Shown here: positions 10,003 through 19,944 of the stretch, piece after piece
Layout: every line of letters starts with the position of its first letter
Numbering within the stretch: position 1 is the stretch's first letter
Assembly (NCBI GenBank): GCA_040273995.1
Contig: JBELYP010000006.1
Location: 314 to 64,313, forward strand
Direction of reading: 5' to 3'
Source of the DNA: Arthrobacter sp.
Lineage (GTDB): Bacteria > Actinomycetota > Actinomycetes > Actinomycetales > Micrococcaceae
DNA length: 64,000 bases
The notes under the pieces: generated by a model
The model's input: only the letters and a program-made list of their open reading frames with translations
Told to the model about the DNA's origin: nothing
The model's database searches: none
Position numbers and translations under genes: made by a program

Positions 10003-10899
10003 CTACACGTCGGCCCTCTCTCCCATTCCGAACATGGTCAGCTCCCGCCGCGCCACCTCCAGGAATCCCCGAATACTGCTTGAGTGGCGTCGGTCGCGCG
10101 CCCACATAAGCGCCACCTCCCGGCGCATCGGTTCAGCGAAGTCCAGGAATTTCACCGGCGCCGTGCCCACCGGCATGGCACTGGCCGGTACGATCGCCAG
10201 ACCTACCCCCTGGGAAACCAGAACCCGCTGACGCTGCACGTCATTGCTCTCGGGCCCCCTACGCCACTTGATGCCTGCTTTCTCGATCCCTGCTTCGATA
10301 ACGGTGCGCACCCCGCTTCCCTCGGCTGGCATTAGGAATGATTGTCCGTCCAGGTCCGTCAGCCGGACCGTTTGCTCGAACGGCGAGTCAAGCGGGACCA
10401 TCAGCTTCATCGGCTCACCAAAAACGATGGCGCTCTCCACCATGGCTGGCAGCGGACGAATCAGGGTGGCGATGACAGCGTCAACCTGTCCCGCAACCAG
10501 ATCAGCCACGAGCCGCCCGGTAGTCCCCTCACGCATCACCACCTCGACGTCCGGGTACCGCCGATCGAACTCAGCGATCACCTGCTCCACCGGTCCCACC
10601 GATGCCATGGCACCCACAGTGACCCGGCCGCTGGGCGCCCCGCCCACCAGCCCGAACTCCTCCCGCGCCTCTGCGACGGCCTCGACTGCACGCTGGGCAT
10701 AGGGCAGCAGTGCGCGCCCGGCTGACGTAAGCGCAATGGGGTGTACCGAGCGGTTGAGCAGTTCAACGCCCAGCTGTCGCTCCAGCCGCCGAATCGCCTG
10801 GGACAATGCCGGCTGGCCGACATACAGGTGCTCGGCACTCTGCGTGAAGTGTCCAAGACGGGCAACCGTGACGAAATACTCCAGTTGTCGTAGATCCAT
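10003..10899 (-). CDS. LysR family transcriptional regulator
   Basis: MDLRQLEYFV...HFTQSAEHLYVGQPALSQAIRRLE helix-turn-helix. Confidence 0.95.
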   Translation of the reverse strand: MDLRQLEYFVTVARLGHFTQSAEHLYVGQPALSQAIRRLERQLGVELLNRSVHPIALTSAGRALLPYAQRAVEAVAEAREEFGLVGGAPSGRVTVGAMASVGPVEQVIAEFDRRYPDVEVVMREGTTGRLVADLVAGQVDAVIATLIRPLPAMVESAIVFGEPMKLMVPLDSPFEQTVRLTDLDGQSFLMPAEGSGVRTVIEAGIEKAGIKWRRGPESNDVQRQRVLVSQGVGLAIVPASAMPVGTAPVKFLDFAEPMRREVALMWARDRRHSSSIRGFLEVARRELTMFGMGERADV

Positions 10900-10960
10900 C
10901 GAAATCTCCGTTGATTATCAATTAGCTGTGAGGAAAGCCACACCAGCTTATCGACAGGGG

Positions 10961-12109
10961 TTAGGGCCGAATGGCGCTCATGTGCTCCGGAGCGACCCGC
11001 AGCCATGCTTCGGAGGTGCCGTGCGGCAAGGACCCGTCTTTGATCCAGGCCCGGAACACAACCCCGTTGGCTTCCCCTTCAACCTCCACGTGCGCCCCAT
11101 AGAAGACCCGACGGCCCAGCTTGACACGCCAGACGTTTCCCCCCTCCGGCTGCTCGAGAGTCACTTCGCACCGTTCCGGCCGTGCCAACAGCACTACAGT
11201 GTCCCCAATGGAGAAGGATTCTCCCTGTGCCACAGCTTCGCCAAACACGGTCTGAACCGTAACCATCGCGTTTTCGTGCGCGGAAATGACGGTCCCGTCA
11301 ACGAGGTTTGCCCCGCCGATGAAGTCTGCGACATACCGGGACACCGGACGATCGTAGAGTTCCTGAGGAGTAGCGATCTGCTCAACCCGGCCGCTCTTGA
11401 CGACGGCAATCCGGTCCGCCAGTTCCATCGCTTCCGTCTGATCGTGCGTGACATAGACTGCGCTGAACCCGAGCTCAGACTGCATAATCTTGAGCTCCCT
11501 GCGCAACGACTCACGCACCTTCGCATCAACGTTTGAGAGCGGTTCATCGAACAAGATGAGCCGGCGGCCGCCGACCAGCGCACGTGCCAGCGCGACGCGC
11601 TGCTGCTGACCGCCGCTGAGCTGGCTGGGGTATGACTCCGCCATCTCGCTTAGGCCGAGGAGACCAAGGATGCGGTTGGCCTTCTCCCGTATCTGGGTCT
11701 TCGTGAGTCCCCCTCCGCGGGCCTTCAACGGATACTCCACGTTCTTCAGCACGGTCATATGGGGCCACAGGGCATACGACTGGAAGATCATGCCCAGGTC
11801 GCGTCGCTCAGGCGGCAGCACCACATTCGTTTTGGAATCGAAAACCGGCCTGCCGGCGATGTGGATTCCGCCCGAATCCGGCATTTCGAGCCCCGCGATG
11901 GTTCTCAGGAGAGTGGTCTTTCCGCACCCACTCGGGCCGAGCAGTACGAGGAACTCGCCCGGCTGCACATCGACCGATACGTCATCGATCGCGGCAACGA
12001 GGTCACCGTTCTTCCGGCGGAATTCCTTCTTTAATGAGCGGATCGACACCATAGGCTCAAGATCGGCCGGGATGCCCTCCGTCTGCGACGGAGTCGTCAA
12101 TACTGTCAT
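10961..12109 (-). CDS. ABC transporter ATP-binding protein (FbpC/PotA-like)
   Basis: GPSGCGKT, LSGGQQQRVA and ILFDEP. Start at ATG 12109 overlaps the permease stop (ATGA). Confidence 0.93.
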   Translation of the reverse strand: MTVLTTPSQTEGIPADLEPMVSIRSLKKEFRRKNGDLVAAIDDVSVDVQPGEFLVLLGPSGCGKTTLLRTIAGLEMPDSGGIHIAGRPVFDSKTNVVLPPERRDLGMIFQSYALWPHMTVLKNVEYPLKARGGGLTKTQIREKANRILGLLGLSEMAESYPSQLSGGQQQRVALARALVGGRRLILFDEPLSNVDAKVRESLRRELKIMQSELGFSAVYVTHDQTEAMELADRIAVVKSGRVEQIATPQELYDRPVSRYVADFIGGANLVDGTVISAHENAMVTVQTVFGEAVAQGESFSIGDTVVLLARPERCEVTLEQPEGGNVWRVKLGRRVFYGAHVEVEGEANGVVFRAWIKDGSLPHGTSEAWLRVAPEHMSAIRP

Positions 12110-13890
12110 TTCATGCCCTTCTTGTTTCGTGAACCCGCCCCTGCGTTGACAGACCAACGGGCCGCGCGACGCGAAACGATGGTCAGTCCGATGACTACGA
12201 CTGCCGAAATAAAGGTGAGAGCCATGGCGAGCGCAGCCATCAGTGAGAACGTTCCGTTTTGGAAGATTTCGAGAATCTGTCGTCCGACAACCGGGTTGCC
12301 GGTTCCCGCCAGCACGGCGGATGCGGAGAGGTCGCCCACCATGCGTACGAACAGCATGGCCCAGCCTGCAATAAGCCCCGGGAGCATCAGTGGCAGGTAC
12401 ACGCGAACAAACGTCTTGCCCTGTGAGGCCCCCGATACCATCGATGCTTCGCCGAGCTCGGGAGCGACCTGCGACGCTGCACTGTCCGCGGCGACCGCCC
12501 CCTGCGGGTAGTAGAGCGCAATGTATGCCAGGAGCAGGATCAGCCAGGTCCCGGAAAGGCTCAGCGGGGGGCCGGCGAGGATGAAGATGAAGCCCACAGC
12601 CAGCACGATGTGCGAGAGAGTTGATGGAAGCTTGATCGCGCCGTCGATGGTTCGTGCAACTCCCGCGGGGAGCTTCAGGAAGAACAGGGCGATTACTGCC
12701 GCCATGGTGATAGCGATCGTCGCTCCCACCACGCCCAGGGACAGGCTGTTGGTCAGCGCTTCCCGCGCAACCGGGCTCTCCAGAACCTGGCGGCGGAATG
12801 GCTCCAGGCTCATCTGCCCCCAGTTGATGTTGGGGGTCCAGTACCCGGTGAGGGTAACGAGCAGCAGCGCACCAATGGGGAGGACGGTGGCCACGGCAGC
12901 ATAGAGCCAGAAGAGTCCACGAGCCAAGGGGCGAAACCGGCCGAGCTTCATCGGCGTTGCGGCGCGTGACTTGCCGCCGACCGTCGCGTGGCGGGAGTTG
13001 CGCACAATGTGGTTCTGGAGGAGCCACACACCTCCTACCGCGATGATCATGATGAAGCTGAGTCCCACGGCAATGTCGGTGCGGGCGGGGTATGTGAAGG
13101 CTACCGCGTTCACGATTTCAACCGTCAGCACCTTCATCTCCGCACCGGTGGCGATCACCGAGGGGATCGAATACAGTGCCAGCGACGTCCACACCGTCAG
13201 TAACAGGGCACCGGCGAGGGCCGGCGCAAGCGCCGGGAGCGTGATCCTCATAAGTGTTCCGGCGAGGCTTCGCCCTGCGACCCTCGAGGCCTCCTCGAGG
13301 GAGGTATCCATGTTCTTCAGACCAGCGGAAACGAACATAAAGGCAAACGGAACCTGGTAAATGACATAAACGAAGCAGAGTCCGCCCCAGGAGTAGATGT
13401 CGAAGGGACCCTCGCTAAGGTCAGCACCGAAGAATCCGGCAAATTCCCGGACGAGGACGTTCAGGTAGCCAGCCGTCGGTGACAGCAGGAGGACCCAGCC
13501 GATCGCACCGGCAATGGGGGGCAGGACGAAGGCCACCAGAGGCAGCGCGTCAGTGAACAGCCCAAGGCGGGCGTCGGTCCGTTCGTTCAGCCACGCCAGG
13601 ATGCTGCCAAAGACAAGGGCTATGGCGCCACTGGCGATGGTCACCGAAAACGTGTTCAGCAGAGTCTGGCCAAGCCCAGGAATGGCGAGCGTCTCGTAGA
13701 TCGCCGAAGGATTGAACGAGCCGTCCTGAAAGAACGCCCGAACCAGCACTGCAAGCAGGGGCAGGAATGCCAGGAGAGTCAGTACCGCGGCAATTAACGT
13801 GCCCAGTGTGTTGAACGGGGTGAACCTTATCCGCGTCCGCATCGGGCGTCGTTCCTTGACGACGGGAATGATGTCGAGAGTTTTAGTCAC
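12106..13890 (-). CDS. ABC transporter permease (FbpB-like, duplicated TM module)
   Basis: Two EAA-type loops (LEEASRVAG, LGEASMVSG) and many TM segments. Confidence 0.9.
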   Translation of the reverse strand: MTKTLDIIPVVKERRPMRTRIRFTPFNTLGTLIAAVLTLLAFLPLLAVLVRAFFQDGSFNPSAIYETLAIPGLGQTLLNTFSVTIASGAIALVFGSILAWLNERTDARLGLFTDALPLVAFVLPPIAGAIGWVLLLSPTAGYLNVLVREFAGFFGADLSEGPFDIYSWGGLCFVYVIYQVPFAFMFVSAGLKNMDTSLEEASRVAGRSLAGTLMRITLPALAPALAGALLLTVWTSLALYSIPSVIATGAEMKVLTVEIVNAVAFTYPARTDIAVGLSFIMIIAVGGVWLLQNHIVRNSRHATVGGKSRAATPMKLGRFRPLARGLFWLYAAVATVLPIGALLLVTLTGYWTPNINWGQMSLEPFRRQVLESPVAREALTNSLSLGVVGATIAITMAAVIALFFLKLPAGVARTIDGAIKLPSTLSHIVLAVGFIFILAGPPLSLSGTWLILLLAYIALYYPQGAVAADSAASQVAPELGEASMVSGASQGKTFVRVYLPLMLPGLIAGWAMLFVRMVGDLSASAVLAGTGNPVVGRQILEIFQNGTFSLMAALAMALTFISAVVVIGLTIVSRRAARWSVNAGAGSRNKKGMK

Positions 13891-13976
13891 CTTTGACTTC
13901 TTTCTTACATGTGGGAGCCCAGCTCCCAGGGGCAACCGGGGGCTGGGGTCTCGAAACAGGCCCCAGCCCGCCGGTG

Positions 13977-15023
13977 CTATTGGATGCCGAGGCTCTTGCG
14001 AATCTCAGCGGAGTGCTTTTTCGCTTCGGCGTCGAGGGTGGGACCGTAGACCCAGCCGGAGTTCAGTACGTCGTCGGAGGTTGGAGCGACGAGGCCAGGG
14101 CCGTCGTTGAGTGCCTCGAGGCCGGCCTCTGTGGTGAGGAAGTAGGCCAACAGGCGCGCACCTGCGGAATTGGGTGCTTCACTATTGATCGCAAGCATCG
14201 TCGGAGCCAACAGGGTTGGGTCCGGGACGACGGCATCAACCGGTGCTCCCGATTGCTGGGCTATCTCGATGGCCGCGGCCAGGGTCCCCGCCACTGCGTA
14301 GGCCTCACCGGAGCTGATTGCCTCAATGATCTGCGAACCACTCGAATATACCCGGTCGATCTGCCCACCCAGGTCCTGGAGATAGTCCTGCCCGTATTCC
14401 TCTGAAAGGCTGTAGAACAAGGAGTTGTAGATTCCGTTGTCAGGCGAGCCGATTACGACCTTGTCCTGCAGTTCCGGCTTAAGCAGATCCTTCCAGCCCC
14501 CGACATCGCTGACCCTATCCGTGTTGTAGGCGATAGCCAGCTGCGAAAGCTGGACAACTGCCGCGCCGTCGCTAACTGCCTCATCGGCCAGGGCATTCGG
14601 GTAACCCGGAATCCCTGCGTCCTCGAGCGGAGTCAGCGTTCCACTCGCCAGGGAGTCATCAATGAAGCCGTCATTCAGGTTTAGTAAAACGTCGGCAACC
14701 GGGGCTCCAGCTTCGGCTTCCGCGCTGAAACGCTGGGCGATCTCCGCAGCCGTGGCGCGCATGTAGGAAAGCTCGACACCGTACTCCTCAGTGAATGCCT
14801 TCTGGACCTTCTGCACCATGCGCTCGTCGATCACAGCGTAGACGGTGACTGGCCCGCCCTCCATGGCTTCCTCGATGAGCTGCGCTATTTCCGGGTTGGC
14901 CTCTGCCTGCCCACCCGGGACGGGTTTTGCTGAGGCTCCGCCCCCACAGCCGGTGGCTGCAAGCGCGAGTGAAAGAGCAGCGGCCACCATCAGTCCCCGG
15001 GGCGCCTTTATCTTGGACATCAT
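13977..15023 (-). CDS. ABC transporter substrate-binding lipoprotein
   Basis: Signal peptide with lipobox LAATGC; IAYNTD and WKDLLKPEL motifs of the Fe3+/thiamine-type binding-protein class. Confidence 0.88.
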   Translation of the reverse strand: MMSKIKAPRGLMVAAALSLALAATGCGGGASAKPVPGGQAEANPEIAQLIEEAMEGGPVTVYAVIDERMVQKVQKAFTEEYGVELSYMRATAAEIAQRFSAEAEAGAPVADVLLNLNDGFIDDSLASGTLTPLEDAGIPGYPNALADEAVSDGAAVVQLSQLAIAYNTDRVSDVGGWKDLLKPELQDKVVIGSPDNGIYNSLFYSLSEEYGQDYLQDLGGQIDRVYSSGSQIIEAISSGEAYAVAGTLAAAIEIAQQSGAPVDAVVPDPTLLAPTMLAINSEAPNSAGARLLAYFLTTEAGLEALNDGPGLVAPTSDDVLNSGWVYGPTLDAEAKKHSAEIRKSLGIQ

Positions 15024-15072
15024 TCTTCTCCCTAGTTTTTCTGTGCGATCCCCCAGAACGCCTTGTGAAGTC

Positions 15073-15897
15073 TCAGTTCTGAGCTGTTCTTCCCGCAGCG
15101 ATGAGCATGTCCGGATCGAAATCGTCGTACATTCGGATCGCGCGGATGAGATGCCCGCCGTCGTAGTCGTAGATGCCGATGCCCCCTCCTGGCGGTGTCC
15201 GGGGCGCGCCCGCGGCAACACCGGGCCGCGGCAGGCTCGTGTACTCGAGCGCAACAGTCCTTCCGTCGTCGAACTCGTTGCGCCGAACCAGGCGCGCGCC
15301 GCCCGTGCGTACCATCGCGGTGAAGATCGCGCGCAATTCCTCGGCGTCGCTTACCGGCCGCACACCGTTGTCCAGCGCAGCCCCTTCGGCGAGCCTCGCA
15401 GTGACATTTCCAGCGTCACCGCTGGCGATTGCTGTCATGTAGCTGCTGATGGCCGGGTGATACTCATCCAATCCAGTGGGGTTCTGACCCTCTTGGGCAG
15501 GCCACACTGCCCGCCGCCCCCTTCGCTCCCCATGGATCAGACGCTCGGAGTGGTACATCCGCAGGAGCTGTGCCCCGTTGTCGCCGGACACCACCACGGC
15601 AACGGGAAGGGTAAACTCACGATCACCTTCCCGCAGCTGCAGGCGGAATTCCGATACCTCGCCCTCGTCCGTAGTGATGACATTGCGTACTTCCACAGCA
15701 ACCAAGTCATACGGGTACCTCTCCCGCCAGGAGCGCAGGCCCCGTTCAAACGCCTGCCGGCCCTCCATCCGGCCGAGGCGGGGGATGTCCACTGCAAAGT
15801 CCTCAGGAATCAGGTCTGCAGCATCGGTATGTGCGCCGAAAAGGGCGCGGACCAGCTTTTCGGCACTGGTGATGTCTGTGGTGTGCATGGTGTTCAC
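15073..15897 (-). CDS. Tandem SnoaL/NTF2-like domain protein
   Basis: Two similar small alpha/beta halves, ending LLRMYH and IRAIRMYDD. GTG start overlaps the stop of the upstream monooxygenase. Confidence 0.6.
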   Translation of the reverse strand: MNTMHTTDITSAEKLVRALFGAHTDAADLIPEDFAVDIPRLGRMEGRQAFERGLRSWRERYPYDLVAVEVRNVITTDEGEVSEFRLQLREGDREFTLPVAVVVSGDNGAQLLRMYHSERLIHGERRGRRAVWPAQEGQNPTGLDEYHPAISSYMTAIASGDAGNVTARLAEGAALDNGVRPVSDAEELRAIFTAMVRTGGARLVRRNEFDDGRTVALEYTSLPRPGVAAGAPRTPPGGGIGIYDYDGGHLIRAIRMYDDFDPDMLIAAGRTAQN

Positions 15898-17111
15898 TTG
15901 CCCTTTGCAGGAGAGGAATGCCAGTCGGTAGCTTCTGCCCCGAACCCCAGTGACCACCGCGAAGCGCGATCCGCCACAACGTCCCAGTCGAGACCAGCGT
16001 GGTTTATCAGCACATCCATATCCCGTTTGTAACGCTGGATCGGGTCTTTCAGCGCAAAGGCGCTTGAGCCGATGCCCTTGCAAAGCTCGTTCACCGCGTC
16101 ATGACACATGTGCGCAATGGTCAGGGATGACAGCTGAAGCTCGCCGATGTCTTCCTGGGAATAGCCCTCCCGCTTCTCACACAGGCCAACAGTCCAGTCG
16201 ATGGTGGCAAAGTATAGCAGCCGCGCTGCCTCGATCCGCTTACGGGCTGCTGCCCACCGGATCCGGGAAGGCGTACGTTCCCGCCTGGCGAGTCCAAAGG
16301 GACGGCTCGACTCAAGCTTGCCCTCGTAGAGATCGAGGACGGCCTCGGCGATGCCCACAAAGATGCCGGCCATCATGTTGTTCAAACCAAAGTGCAGCGG
16401 GTAGTGGTAGATGGATTCGACGTGGTCGGTGCCGCCGTGGGAGTCCGCCGAGACGAAGTCAGGGATCGGTAGGCTGCGCTCTGCGGGAACGATCAGGTTC
16501 TCTCCGCGCAGGTTGTGGCTCGAGGTCGCGGCCATGCCCGAAGCCTCCCACCGCTGAACGACCTCGACGGCGTCAGCCGGAAGCATGAAAACGCGGTCAA
16601 CGGGCCCCTCAGCCTCCTCAATCGTACAAGTGACGAACACCCAGTCCGAGTTGTCGTATCCGGTGCCGTATCGCCAGGTCCCGGTTATCCGGTAGCTGCC
16701 GTCCGATTCACGAGTGGCCGGCCCGCCAGCCACTAGGGGGGCCGCAGCCAGCATGTAGTTACGGTCGGCGAACAGCTTCTCCTGAACCGGGATAGGCATG
16801 CGGCCGGCCATCCAGTTGTGTTCAATGAGGAATGCGAGTGCCCACGCCGTCGAAGCGTCACCCCTGGCAAGCAGGCGGGCCGCTTCGGTCAGCGCGCGAA
16901 GACCCAGCCCCTGACCACCGAAACGGGCCGGAACAAGCGCAGAAAACAGACCTCCATCGACGGCTGCCGCCATTACTGCATCAGTAACCTTGCGGTTTTC
17001 TTCGGCAACACCGGCTTCTTCCCGCAGTACCGGAATCAAGCGGGCAACTCGTTCCAGATAATGCTTCTCCGCTTCACTCAAAGAGCTACAAAGAACAAGA
17101 TTCTCAGACAT
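15894..17111 (-). CDS. Acyl-CoA dehydrogenase-fold flavin-dependent monooxygenase (HsaA-like, oxygenase component)
   Basis: VPARFGG, LARGDASTAW, GTWRYGTG, WEASGMAATSSH and PIQRYKRD...H motifs. Confidence 0.85.
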   Translation of the reverse strand: MSENLVLCSSLSEAEKHYLERVARLIPVLREEAGVAEENRKVTDAVMAAAVDGGLFSALVPARFGGQGLGLRALTEAARLLARGDASTAWALAFLIEHNWMAGRMPIPVQEKLFADRNYMLAAAPLVAGGPATRESDGSYRITGTWRYGTGYDNSDWVFVTCTIEEAEGPVDRVFMLPADAVEVVQRWEASGMAATSSHNLRGENLIVPAERSLPIPDFVSADSHGGTDHVESIYHYPLHFGLNNMMAGIFVGIAEAVLDLYEGKLESSRPFGLARRERTPSRIRWAAARKRIEAARLLYFATIDWTVGLCEKREGYSQEDIGELQLSSLTIAHMCHDAVNELCKGIGSSAFALKDPIQRYKRDMDVLINHAGLDWDVVADRASRWSLGFGAEATDWHSSPAKGK

Positions 17112-17208
17112 TTGATTCTCTTTCCGGACCCGAACTTCGATGTTCGTGGCCTTTAATGCGCTTTTAGAAGTGCGTTTTGTAAACCAATCCGGGACCGACG
17201 TTACAACC

Positions 17209-17224
17209 TGTGAAAGGCGTCACA
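17209..17224. promoter_or_regulatory. CRP/GlxR-type binding site
   Basis: Perfect TGTGA-AAGGCG-TCACA in the AT-rich divergent promoter region. Confidence 0.7.
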
Positions 17225-17247
17225 AAGACCAATCTAATAATGCCCCA

Positions 17248-17262
17248 ATCACATAACGTGAT
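17248..17262. promoter_or_regulatory. LysR-type T-N11-A operator
   Basis: ATCAC-ATAAC-GTGAT perfect dyad; related boxes at 25502 and 27668. Confidence 0.6.
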
Positions 17263-17415
17263 GATCAATGGTCGCGAAGATTACGCGGCGCTTTGTATCC
17301 GCGCTGCATCACTCGGGGCAATGGCCGGCATGCCATAGCGAACTTGGCCCAACTACGGACGCCGACCTTAATATTCGGCTGAGACGCAACTCACAAGCAG
17401 GAGGTAGCAAGGCCC

Positions 17416-18945
17416 ATGACGGCAATCACGCGGACCCTAGGCGGTCGCTCAATTACACAGCTACAACCAGATGAAACGGTCGCGGCCAGGCACGCACGCT
17501 TCATCGTGGACCTGAGCTACGATCAGCTTCCAAGGGAAGCGATCGATCAGGCGAAGTCGATGCTCGTGGACGGCCTTGCATGCGGCCTTGCGGCAACCCG
17601 CACGGATATCGGCGAGGCACTGCACCGGTGGCTGCCGGGCTGTTCAGGAAGTCATGCCGTGCTCGCAACCGGCAGGAAAACGGATGCGCGTTCGGCCGTG
17701 CTAACCAATGGGACGCTTATGCATGCCCTCGACTTTGATGACATTCCACACTTCGCAGCTGTTGAGTTGCCGCCGGCGCTGGCGATCGCCGAGACCCGGG
17801 AAATTACGGGGAAGGAGCTTATCGTCGCGCTGGTGGCGGGCTTCGAAGTAGCTGCCCGTGTCACCACCATGCTCGCCCATGGGCGGCCGCAGCACCCCAT
17901 CGGCACGGCAGGAGCCATCGGCTCAGTGACAGTTGCAGCTAAGCTCCTCAAGCTCAACATGCAAGAGACCACGCTCGCACTGAGCATCGCCGCCTCGATG
18001 AGTTCGGGCCTCACAGAGAACTTCGGCACTTTCACGAAGCCCCTGCACGCGGGCCGTGCAGCAGAAGCCGGGTATCTTGCTGCCACTCTGGCCCAGTCCG
18101 GATGGACTGCAGACCCGGCGGTCTTCGAGGGACGAAAAGGATACTTCGCCGCGTACTGCGATCCGAAGTCCCACGTCGAGGTGCACTACGGCGCCGAGGC
18201 CCATGATTTCTGGATCACCCGTGTCCCGGCCGACCTCGGGGCCGGTAGCCCCCTTGACGAGAACAGGTTCCCTCCCACACATACCGGCCGCCCGCTGGAT
18301 CCTGCCAGGGTCGGCGCTGGGGCTCCCAGCGACCAGCTGAGGGGAGGACCCAACCTGAGCCGTGGTCCGAGCTTCAAACCATGGCCGGCGTGCGGCGGAA
18401 ACAATGCAGTCCTCACAGCCATGTTCTCGATGATCGATCGGCCGGGCTTCGACCGGGAAAGCATCGCCTCCGTTGAAATCACCGTACCCACGGACCCCGA
18501 ACGTGGCGCCGTCTTCCGCACCTGGCCGCAGACCCCGCTGGAAGGGAAGTTCAGCCTGCCCTACGGCATCGCTGCTGCCTGGCTGGACGGCGGGGTCACA
18601 GTCGAGTCCTACGAGCAGGGGACCTACGACCGCATCTGTGAAGCCGCTCTGCTTGAGCGGATCGCGCTGACGATCGATCCGGAGTTCATTACGCTTGCAC
18701 CTGCCCTGCCTCCGGTTGGGGACTGCAACTGGGCAGCAGTGACAGTCCGCTTCAACGATGGCTCCACTGAAACAAGCTGGGCCTTCAACCGCGGACTCGA
18801 AATGGGCGCCCCGGCCGTTGACCAGAAGTTCATCGCCCTCGCAAATCCCATCTTTGGCGCGGCCTCTGACAGTGTTCTGCAGCAGCTACGCGACATTGAT
18901 GCAGTTGCAGACATCCGAACGATCCTTAGCCTGCTGGACGGATAA
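17416..18945 (+). CDS. MmgE/PrpD family protein (divergent)
   Basis: NGTLMHALDFDD, NFGTFTKPLHAG, FKPWPAC and KFSLPY motifs; AGGAGG RBS. Confidence 0.88.
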   Translation: MTAITRTLGGRSITQLQPDETVAARHARFIVDLSYDQLPREAIDQAKSMLVDGLACGLAATRTDIGEALHRWLPGCSGSHAVLATGRKTDARSAVLTNGTLMHALDFDDIPHFAAVELPPALAIAETREITGKELIVALVAGFEVAARVTTMLAHGRPQHPIGTAGAIGSVTVAAKLLKLNMQETTLALSIAASMSSGLTENFGTFTKPLHAGRAAEAGYLAATLAQSGWTADPAVFEGRKGYFAAYCDPKSHVEVHYGAEAHDFWITRVPADLGAGSPLDENRFPPTHTGRPLDPARVGAGAPSDQLRGGPNLSRGPSFKPWPACGGNNAVLTAMFSMIDRPGFDRESIASVEITVPTDPERGAVFRTWPQTPLEGKFSLPYGIAAAWLDGGVTVESYEQGTYDRICEAALLERIALTIDPEFITLAPALPPVGDCNWAAVTVRFNDGSTETSWAFNRGLEMGAPAVDQKFIALANPIFGAASDSVLQQLRDIDAVADIRTILSLLDG

Positions 18946-18948
18946 TTG

Positions 18949-18994
18949 ACGATGAAGGGGAGGATGGACTTTTGTCCATCCTCCCCTTCATCGT
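18949..18994. terminator. Terminator-like hairpin between convergent genes
   Basis: Perfect 21-bp stem ACGATGAAGGGGAGGATGGAC / GTCCATCCTCCCCTTCATCGT with a TTTT loop. Confidence 0.8.
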
Positions 18995-19041
18995 GCCCCG
19001 CTCTAACGCATCGGTCTTAAATCATCCTAAAACGCCTTCAC

Positions 19042-19923
19042 TCACTGCGAGAAGCCAAACAGCTTGGCTGCATTGGCCTTCAGGATCAAAGGGCGAACCT
19101 CGTCACGGAACTCCCGCTGTTCGAAATCTGCAATCCAGCGATCGGGAGTCATGAGCGGGAAATCCGAGCCAAACAGGATTTTGTGCTTCAACAGCGTGTT
19201 TGAGTAATGCACCAGCTCTTCGGGGAAGTATTTGGGCGACCAGCCTGAAAGATCGATATAAACGTTCTGTTTGTGCAGGGCGACCGCCAGGGCCTCCTGC
19301 TGCCAGGGGAACGAAGGGTGCGCGATGATGATGGACATGTCCGGAAAATCCGCAGCAACATCATCGAGGAACATCGGGTTGGAGTATTTCAGCCGGACTC
19401 CGCCTCCGCCCGGTGAAGTCTTGCCGACACCCGTCTGGCCGGAATGGAAGAGAGCAGTCAGACCTGCCTCGGCGATGACTTCATAGAGCGCGTAGGCCCG
19501 TCGGTCGTTCGGATAAAAAGCCTGGATGCTCGGATGGAACTTGAACCCCTTTACGCCTGCGGCGATCAGGTCTTTCGCCTCCGCCACACCCATGCGGCCC
19601 TTCCATGGGTCGATACTCGCGAACGGAATCAGAGCATCCGGGTTCCGCAGTGCGCCGTCGAGCACCTCCCGGTTCGGAACCCGGCGTTCACCGAGCCCCG
19701 ACTCTGAGTCAACAGTGAATATGACTGCCATCATGTTGCGTTCCCGGTAATACGCAGCCGTCTCGTCCACCGAAATGGTCGTCAGGTCCGTTTTCCAGCG
19801 TTTCTTAGCATCCTGAACAATGTGCTGGTTCATCTCGTCGTCGGCAAGCTCCGGGTGCTCATGGCTCACCATCGAGTGTGCATGAACGTCAATGGCTACG
19901 ATGCTGTTGAGATCAAATGTCAT
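19042..19923 (-). CDS. Amidohydrolase_2 family, CouO-like (aryl-beta-ketoacyl-CoA hydrolase-like)
   Basis: IDVHAH, GFKFHP, GGGGVRLKYSNPM, IIAHPSFPWQ and YIDLSGWSPKYFP. Confidence 0.8.
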   Translation of the reverse strand: MTFDLNSIVAIDVHAHSMVSHEHPELADDEMNQHIVQDAKKRWKTDLTTISVDETAAYYRERNMMAVIFTVDSESGLGERRVPNREVLDGALRNPDALIPFASIDPWKGRMGVAEAKDLIAAGVKGFKFHPSIQAFYPNDRRAYALYEVIAEAGLTALFHSGQTGVGKTSPGGGGVRLKYSNPMFLDDVAADFPDMSIIIAHPSFPWQQEALAVALHKQNVYIDLSGWSPKYFPEELVHYSNTLLKHKILFGSDFPLMTPDRWIADFEQREFRDEVRPLILKANAAKLFGFSQ

Positions 19924-19944
19924 TCTTTTTTATCCTCTGATAGT

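Noticed and set aside
12110-13027. Apparent ~300-aa N-terminal extension of the ABC ATPase (688-aa ORF)
   Set aside because: It overlaps the permease in another frame; ATG 12109 with an ATGA overlap is the sensible start.
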